The notes below the pieces were generated by a model. That model worked only from the letters and a program-made list of their open reading frames with translations, did no database searches and was not told the DNA's origin. This document shows positions 34,325 to 40,228 of a stretch of 40,228 bases of DNA, piece by piece. Origin of the DNA: a virus (taxonomy: Duplodnaviria > Caudoviricetes); IMG/VR virus record IMGVR_UViG_3300048577_000505, positions 1 through 40,228 of that record. One strand, given 5' to 3'. Both the position numbers and the translations under genes were made by a program. The first letter of the stretch is position 1. Each line of letters opens with the position of its first letter.

Positions 34325-35443
34325 ATGATCATCATCCCCTCTTCACGGGCCGGAATCATCACTCCCCGGCGCTCGCTTTTGACCGGCGCGGGCGGCGGGC
34401 TCAACATCATTAACCGCAGGTTCACGGACCTGTTCCCGATCGGCCCACGCAGCCACATGAAGGCCCGCGAGCGCTGGGACATCCTCGACGCTGCGACGGG
34501 GCGGGTCGTCAAGTCGATGCCGGGACCGTGGAAGGACAACACGATCCTGAACGTCGGCAAGGACATGGCCTGCACGAACTTCTTCATTAACTGCCTCCTT
34601 TACGGCCACCTCGGGACCGGCACCACTCCCCCTGCGGAGACGGATACCCACCTCGAAAACTGGGCGCTCTCGACGAGCGTGCACGGCGCCGAGACCTCCT
34701 ACCTCTCGATTTCCGGCGATGTCTTCACCCTCACGGACAGCCTTGTTTTCCCCGCCCAGACCGGAGACTTCTCCTTCACCGAGTTTTCGGCCTCGGTCAA
34801 TTCGAGCGGGACTGCCAACATGTTCAACCGCGTTGTCTTCGATGATCCGATTGTGGGCGGCGCAGGACAACAGCCGAAGGTGACCATCGAGCTTGCGTTG
34901 ACGCTCACCCCTCACACCACGGCACAGGCCTACCTGACCGACGTGATCGGCGGAAACACGCCCGTCGCCGGGTCCACCGGTTCGGCGCGGATTCGAGCCT
35001 TCAAAATATCGTCCGCAATTAACACTACGTGCAATGTTCTGGCGTCTCGAACTGCCTACAATTCGGTATCCGATTACGGCTCAATTCTGGAACCATCCTA
35101 CGCATCGAGCGCGAGGAGCGGGATCTGGCTTTCTGAGCTGTCTGCCCTTCTGTCGGCCACCGATGCCGACTCAGATTGGGACGGAGCGGCCATCTCGACG
35201 AAGACGGATTGCATGTCTCTGGCGGCTTACACGGCGGGCAATTTTTACAGGTCGAAAACGTGGACGGCGGGGTTGGCAGATCTCAACAAAACTGGGGTCC
35301 GTTCGTTCGGCCTTCATTTCTGCGACACCGGATACATGAATTACAACTACAACGCGTTCCAGTTCTTGAGCGCCGTCGCGTTCGACAAGCGGAATACCGA
35401 GGGCTTTGCCCTGAACGTGAATTTTGCGGTGGACGCGAACTAG
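34325..35443 (+). CDS. Putative tail structural protein
   Basis: NTILNVG...LGTGTTPPAETDTHLE...FTEF...MFNRVVF, a pattern seen in tail collar/fibre-anchoring proteins; S/T-rich. Confidence 0.55.
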   Translation: MIIIPSSRAGIITPRRSLLTGAGGGLNIINRRFTDLFPIGPRSHMKARERWDILDAATGRVVKSMPGPWKDNTILNVGKDMACTNFFINCLLYGHLGTGTTPPAETDTHLENWALSTSVHGAETSYLSISGDVFTLTDSLVFPAQTGDFSFTEFSASVNSSGTANMFNRVVFDDPIVGGAGQQPKVTIELALTLTPHTTAQAYLTDVIGGNTPVAGSTGSARIRAFKISSAINTTCNVLASRTAYNSVSDYGSILEPSYASSARSGIWLSELSALLSATDADSDWDGAAISTKTDCMSLAAYTAGNFYRSKTWTAGLADLNKTGVRSFGLHFCDTGYMNYNYNAFQFLSAVAFDKRNTEGFALNVNFAVDAN

Positions 35444-35444
35444 C

Positions 35445-36935
35445 ATGGACACCTACCTCGGCAGGCCCGTCTTTCCGTTCCGGATCAACCACGCCAAGGC
35501 GTGGAGCGGGAGCGTCGTCTATGATGCCGACATGCGGCAGGTGGGCGGCGGGGCGGCGGTGCCGATGGGGCTGCGCCAGCACGCGGCGCAGCGGCGGGAT
35601 TTGGACGTGGTGGCGGGCAGCCTGCGCGGGATCGAGGAGTGGTTTTCCACCGTGCGCGGGCAGGCCTGCGGCTGGTGGCTGCCGCTCCACAGCCAGAGTA
35701 TGCGGGTTTTGTCCGCGCCCACCGCGCAGAGCTTCCTCGCGCAGGGGACGGCTCTTGCAGACAGGTGGGGGCAGAACCCCTGCGTCTATCTCGCGCTGAC
35801 GGACGCCTCCGGGAACCAGCACCTGCGGCACGTCGAGAGCGTGGCGCAAAGCGGCGCGCACAGCCTCGTGACGCTCGACCCCGAGGAGGGTGACCTCGCC
35901 GCCCCACCGGCCTCCGCGAGCCCGCTCCTCTACGTGCGTCTCGCTTCGGACGAACTGGAGGACATCCAGCGGGTGAACTACGACACCTTCACTTTTTCGC
36001 TCACGGTCCTTGAGCTGCCCATTGAGTACACGACGCTGGACGAGCCCGAGACTCCGGTCTTCCTCTATCAGCTCGGCTACGTCCTCGGGGCGCGGGAGAA
36101 CTGGACGCGGTGGACGAGCTGGGGCGTGCCGGTTGTCGGGGTGGACGGTACGCTCTGGCTGCCCGCGCCGATTGAACACGGGGACATCTCGAACGACGCC
36201 GAAGGCGATGAATCGAGCCTGCGCTGCCTGCCTTGGGATGACTGCCCGCTGGCCGACCTTTTCCCGGCGGCGGAGGGGCTGCCGCTGCACGTCAAAATCT
36301 GGAGGGCGCTCTGGGACTGGGACACGCTGGCCGAGACGGGCACGCGCGTTCTCCTCTTCGATGGCGAGGTCCGCAAGCCCGAGTGCGCGGACTGGGAGCT
36401 TTCTGCGAGCCTCCAGAGCGGTGTGGATCTCTTCTCCCGGCAAGTGCCCGTCAAGGAACTCAGCCGCACCTGTCGACACCGCTTCTGCGATGCGGGCTGC
36501 AAGCTCTCGCGCGCCGATTTCCAGATTCCCGCAACGGTTCTGAACGCGGTCTCCGGCGGCCTGTACTACCTCAACGTGCAGGCCACTCAGGCCGTGGCCG
36601 ACGGCTGGCTGGACTACGGGATCGTGGTGAGCGACGACTACCACACCTCCACGCCGTCAAAGCGCTGGGAATGGCGCGCGATTCAGGGCGTGACGGCCCT
36701 TGGAGGCGACCAGTACCGCATCCAGCTCCGGACGCCCTTCCGCTGGCTTGGGGCGGGCGACCCGTGCCACCTCTACCGTGGCTGCGCGCTCACCACGGCA
36801 GCCTGCGCAGGGCACACCACCGCCGCAGGGGTGGCCGTTGCGAGCAACGTCATCAACTTCGACGGGGAGCCGCTCGCACCGCTCAAGAACCCGCAGACGC
36901 AGGTCTCGACGACCGCTTCCGCCGCGAAAAAATGA
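35445..36935 (+). CDS. Tail hub protein, DUF2163/BR0599 (lambda gpL-like, Cys cluster)
   Basis: LFDGEV, SRTCRHRFCDAGC, YRGCALTTAAC, NVINFDGEP. Confidence 0.82.
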   Translation: MDTYLGRPVFPFRINHAKAWSGSVVYDADMRQVGGGAAVPMGLRQHAAQRRDLDVVAGSLRGIEEWFSTVRGQACGWWLPLHSQSMRVLSAPTAQSFLAQGTALADRWGQNPCVYLALTDASGNQHLRHVESVAQSGAHSLVTLDPEEGDLAAPPASASPLLYVRLASDELEDIQRVNYDTFTFSLTVLELPIEYTTLDEPETPVFLYQLGYVLGARENWTRWTSWGVPVVGVDGTLWLPAPIEHGDISNDAEGDESSLRCLPWDDCPLADLFPAAEGLPLHVKIWRALWDWDTLAETGTRVLLFDGEVRKPECADWELSASLQSGVDLFSRQVPVKELSRTCRHRFCDAGCKLSRADFQIPATVLNAVSGGLYYLNVQATQAVADGWLDYGIVVSDDYHTSTPSKRWEWRAIQGVTALGGDQYRIQLRTPFRWLGAGDPCHLYRGCALTTAACAGHTTAAGVAVASNVINFDGEPLAPLKNPQTQVSTTASAAKK

Positions 36936-37387
36936 AGACGACCGATCCAGCTTTTCCCGCCGCGCTCCGGGCCTCCGCAGAGGCTTGGGAGGGGACACCG
37001 TTTGTCCGGCTGCACTCGCAGCGCGGCGTGGGGGCGGACTGCACGGGCCTTTGCCACGGCGTGCTTGTGAAGGCCGGTGCCGAGCTTCCGGAGATGGGCG
37101 CCCCCACCTTCGGCGCGAGCGCGGACATCAACTTTTCCGCCGCGATCGGAGCCTTCCTCGCGCGGTCGGGCGCCTTCGCTTTGGTCGCCGATCTCTCCGC
37201 GCCGGACATCCGGCCCGGCGACCTCCTTCTCTACCAGATCACCGCGCGGACGCAGCACCTCGCGCTTGCGCTCGATGCCGCCACGCGCATCCAAGCGTGG
37301 CCGGGGCGCGTGGCGGAAATCGTTGCGATCGACAGGCCGTCTCTGCGTCGGCTCGTCGAACACTGGAGGCTCGCCGAAAATGGCTGA
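36932..37387 (+). CDS. NlpC/P60 tail-associated peptidase (lambda gpK-like)
   Basis: AEAWEGTPF, GVGADCTGL (catalytic Cys), PGDLLLY, QHLAL (His). Confidence 0.88.
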   Translation: MKTTDPAFPAALRASAEAWEGTPFVRLHSQRGVGADCTGLCHGVLVKAGAELPEMGAPTFGASADINFSAAIGAFLARSGAFALVADLSAPDIRPGDLLLYQITARTQHLALALDAATRIQAWPGRVAEIVAIDRPSLRRLVEHWRLAENG

Positions 37388-37580
37388 CAACACCATCAAC
37401 ACCCGCAAAAGCGTCGCCTCGACCCGCAAGACGAGCGGGATCGTCGCGAGCTACACGACGGACAGCCTCCTTTCGGGCCGCATTGCCTACGTGCGCGGAC
37501 GGCGTTTTGCCACCTGCGAGGACATGAGCGACCCGATCAACGTCTATTCAAGACCGAGCAACTCGGGAGGGGGAAAATAG
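37380..37580 (+). CDS. Small tail tip assembly protein (gpI-like position)
   Basis: 66 aa; GRIAYVRGRR resembles the P-x-x-Y-G segment of gpI/J N-termini; in frame with the next gene. Confidence 0.5.
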   Translation: MADNTINTRKSVASTRKTSGIVASYTTDSLLSGRIAYVRGRRFATCEDMSDPINVYSRPSNSGGGK

Positions 37581-39821
37581 ATGGGTGGAGGCGGCGGAAA
37601 GAAGGGGGGCGGTGGCGACACCTATTACGGCGATTTGCTCAAGCTCATCGGCGAGGGCCCGATCGCGAAGGTTCACTGCATCAAGGTGGACAGCGTGACT
37701 GTTTGGAAGGACCGCAACGGGCTCTCCATAACAGGTGAGTACGTCGATATATCGACCGACGTTGGAACGCTGCGCATCTACAAGGGGAGCCTCACCCAAC
37801 CCGTTGACAATTTCTTCACCGGCGGCCCGGCGTATCGAGGGGTCGCATATGCGCGCGGCCGTTCAATCAAGCTCGGGAGCGAGCGCACTTCCACGCCTTC
37901 CGTCGAGATCGAGTGCACCTTCGGCGCAACAGATACCGGTCTCGTTTCGCCGATCGCGGTCCTGCGCGAGCTGATGTGCGACCCGCACCACGGCCTCGGC
38001 GCGGACTCCAGCCACTTTGCGGCGGACGAAGGCATCGAGGAGGAGACGGTCGCGCTGGCCCCGAAACTGACCGATGAAAAATCATTGCAGGACGTGTGCG
38101 ACGAGCTCCTCCCGCTCGTCTGGTGCTACGCTCGATGGGAGGGTATGACCCTCACGGTCCACCGGCTCTACGATCCCGAGGACTGGGACCTTTCCAGCAT
38201 CCCGGTGATCCCCGACGAGCTGTGTCTTGAGCCGCCCGCCACCACGCCGGAGACGCCTGACGAACGGGTGGCGCAGACCTGCGTTCAGTGGACGCAGGTG
38301 TACGATGATGACGCGGGCGACGACACCGAGGGTGAGTACGGGAACGTCTCGGTCCACCGCGACCCCTACGCCCCGACCGTGGGCGGAAAGTCCGTGACCG
38401 TGCAGGCTGACGCAATCATCACCGAGTCGCACGCGTCTCGCTTTGCCCGCGAGAAGGGGCACCAGCTCGCTCTCTCGCGCACCACTGGCCGCCGCGTCAT
38501 CCCTTACTCCGCCTTTCCGGCCAGTGCCACGGCGTTCATGCGCCCGATCAAGGTCTGGGACCGGGTGTCCCAGACGTGGATCCGCGCCCGCGTGACGAGT
38601 CGCACCATTGCTGCGGACGGGCTCTCCATCGAGCTGGAGTGGGAGACGGACTACGCCTCCTCGATCCATGATGCCGCCGTGGCCGGTTATCAGCCGATCG
38701 TGATCACCTCCGTCGGCCCCGTCGATCCGCGCGCCGTGCGGCTTGTCGAGCTGCCGCGCTGCATCGTCTCCGCTCCGGCGGTGGGCGTCCTTGTCGCCCG
38801 AGGCGCCGGGCAGGTCAACGGCTACGGCATCTATCTCTCCGTGGACGGCGGCGCGAACTGGGCCTACACGGGCAATGCGAAGAGCTTCGCGGTGTATGGT
38901 TCTCTCTCCGCTTCGCTCTCCGCGTCCGGAACCGGCGCCGTCGTATCCGGGATCACGCTCGATGCCGATCTTGTCTCTTCCGTCTCCGCCGATCAGGCGG
39001 CCAAGGACACCGTGCTGGGCTGGATCGGCGACGAGATCGTGTCCATCCAGACCGTCACTCAAGGGACGGGGCAGATCACCGTCTCGATGCTAAGGGGCCG
39101 CTGCGGGACGCTGGCCGCCGCCCACGCCGCCGGAACGCCGGTGTGGATCATCCAGCGGAGCGGGCTGCCGATCGTGACAGACCCGATCACGGAGCCATCT
39201 CCGATCGTGGACACCGCCCAAGACCCGTCGGCGGGCCAGTCCTATCGCGCCCGCCTTCCACAGCGCGTCGCGCTCAAGACCCAGATCATGGACGACTGCG
39301 ACGATCACACGGTCTCGGTCAACGGCCTCTACCGCCGCCCGCTGCCGCCCGCCGCCGCCCTCACCTCGTCCGCAACGTTTGACGAGGCCGCGATTACGGC
39401 CACGGCAATGGCCCGCACCTGGCGCGAGGCTGGGTATCCCGGAGCGGATTTTTACAACTGGTGGGAGTGCGCGATAATTCCAGTCCTGACGGTAAACGGG
39501 ACCCGGACCAAGCTCCCGACCCAATACCCGGTGGTGCCGGAGTCCGTCGGGTTCGCAACGCTGATCGCAAAGCTCTTCCACCAAGACCCGGACATCCTCG
39601 TCGAGACTGAGCTCGTGCCTGTCTCAATCCTCCCGGCGGACTACTGGCAGCTCCTCCTCCCGCTGGTGGGAGACACATTTACGCTGGAGCTGTGCTCCAG
39701 CGTTGCCGAGCGCGCGAGCCCGACAGGGACGCCGCTCGCAATCACACTGCCAGACGACGTTCTCTCGTTGGACGGAGAGGCCCTGCTCATAGACGGAGAA
39801 CTACTCACACTTACGGATTAA
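37581..39821 (+). CDS. Tail tip / host specificity protein (gpJ-like, Phage-tail_3)
   Basis: Gly/Lys start, IGEGPI, IYKGSLTQPVD, PAYRGVAY, ELMCDPHHGLG, IGDEIV, LRGRCGT..AAHAAG. Confidence 0.85.
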   Translation: MGGGGGKKGGGGDTYYGDLLKLIGEGPIAKVHCIKVDSVTVWKDRNGLSITGEYVDISTDVGTLRIYKGSLTQPVDNFFTGGPAYRGVAYARGRSIKLGSERTSTPSVEIECTFGATDTGLVSPIAVLRELMCDPHHGLGADSSHFAADEGIEEETVALAPKLTDEKSLQDVCDELLPLVWCYARWEGMTLTVHRLYDPEDWDLSSIPVIPDELCLEPPATTPETPDERVAQTCVQWTQVYDDDAGDDTEGEYGNVSVHRDPYAPTVGGKSVTVQADAIITESHASRFAREKGHQLALSRTTGRRVIPYSAFPASATAFMRPIKVWDRVSQTWIRARVTSRTIAADGLSIELEWETDYASSIHDAAVAGYQPIVITSVGPVDPRAVRLVELPRCIVSAPAVGVLVARGAGQVNGYGIYLSVDGGANWAYTGNAKSFAVYGSLSASLSASGTGAVVSGITLDADLVSSVSADQAAKDTVLGWIGDEIVSIQTVTQGTGQITVSMLRGRCGTLAAAHAAGTPVWIIQRSGLPIVTDPITEPSPIVDTAQDPSAGQSYRARLPQRVALKTQIMDDCDDHTVSVNGLYRRPLPPAAALTSSATFDEAAITATAMARTWREAGYPGADFYNWWECAIIPVLTVNGTRTKLPTQYPVVPESVGFATLIAKLFHQDPDILVETELVPVSILPADYWQLLLPLVGDTFTLELCSSVAERASPTGTPLAITLPDDVLSLDGEALLIDGELLTLTD

Positions 39822-39823
39822 AA

Positions 39824-40228
39824 ATGAAAGAAGTCGCAACAAAAAAGCAATCCATCTGGACCATTCTTTGGACCGTCGGAAAGGGAACTACCGCAGACAC
39901 CGCTTGCGCGGGCGACGATGCCCGGCTGACGCCCGGCGCCGTGACCAACGACACCGCACTGGGCAGAGACGCTTCCGGGAACTGGGTGCAGCGGACGGCG
40001 AGCCAGTTCAAGACTTGGCTCAGTCTCGCGAAATCGGACGTGGGCCTTGGCGACGTGGATAACACCTCCGACCTTGGCAAGCCGCTTTCAGAGGCGGCGC
40101 AGGCGGCGCTTGCGGGCAAGGCCGACGCTTCCTCCGTGCCGACGCAGGCGGAAACCTGTCTGCTCGCCGAGATTCGCGCGTTGACGCTGCAGGGTCTCTT
40201 AAGGTTTTCCAACATCACGACCTTCGCA
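39824..40228 (+). CDS. Tail fibre protein, N-terminal part (truncated by window end; not in the ORF track)
   Basis: Open from ATG 39824 to the end: GTTADTACAGDDARL and KSDVGLGDVDNTSDLGKPLSEAAQAALAGK phage tail repeat motifs. Confidence 0.8.
   Translation, partial: MKEVATKKQSIWTILWTVGKGTTADTACAGDDARLTPGAVTNDTALGRDASGNWVQRTASQFKTWLSLAKSDVGLGDVDNTSDLGKPLSEAAQAALAGKADASSVPTQAETCLLAEIRALTLQGLLRFSNITTFA

Larger units (their letters stand above)
1..40228 (+). mobile_element. Temperate tailed phage / prophage (integrase, lambda-like replication, Mu-like head, siphovirus tail); right end truncated, att sites not identified
   Basis: Ordered integrase-regulation-recombination-replication-terminase-portal-protease-capsid-tail genes, nearly all on + strand with many ATGA overlaps. 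Confidence 0.96.

Noticed and set aside
36932-37387. NlpC/P60 as the endolysin
   Set aside because: Lies between hub and tip genes in the lambda L-K-I-J order, so a tail assembly role is more likely
39811-40218. Minus-strand 135-aa ORF at the window end
   Set aside because: The + strand frame from ATG 39824 carries recognisable tail-fibre repeat motifs and continues the operon

Overview
The window is a GC-rich temperate phage (prophage) genome, almost entirely on the + strand. It runs from a tyrosine integrase (1-1221) to a tail-fibre gene cut by the window end. Modules in order: integration; a control region with three ribbon-helix-helix (RHH) genes, an XRE HTH gene and a lipoprotein; excisionase-like HTH; ERF/exonuclease recombination; lambda-like replication (initiator with an internal 10-bp repeat array plus DnaC-like loader); accessory genes (SMC-like ATPase, Gp37Gp68, ASCH-like, DNA methyltransferase, nucleases); a stand-alone MuF fusion locus; terminase; a Mu-like head module; and a siphovirus tail with a GGGAAAG -1 frameshift chaperone. 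The strongest candidate for a novel system is a 929-aa MuF protein carrying a HipA/PI3-4K-like kinase domain and a C-terminal R-STS-ExE ADP-ribosyltransferase-like domain. It is followed by a coupled candidate immunity gene, sits away from the portal, and has its own promoter, 5' hairpin and a 25-bp palindromic site (TGCATACCGT-N5-ACGGTATGCA). That site recurs at four predicted promoters, with a half-site at the RHH switch. Also notable are a lipoprotein/coiled-coil/3-TM protein resembling a single-chain spanin and a structured intergenic RNA candidate. The host is tentatively Verrucomicrobiota (inference). All family calls come from motif recognition by eye; no searches were run.
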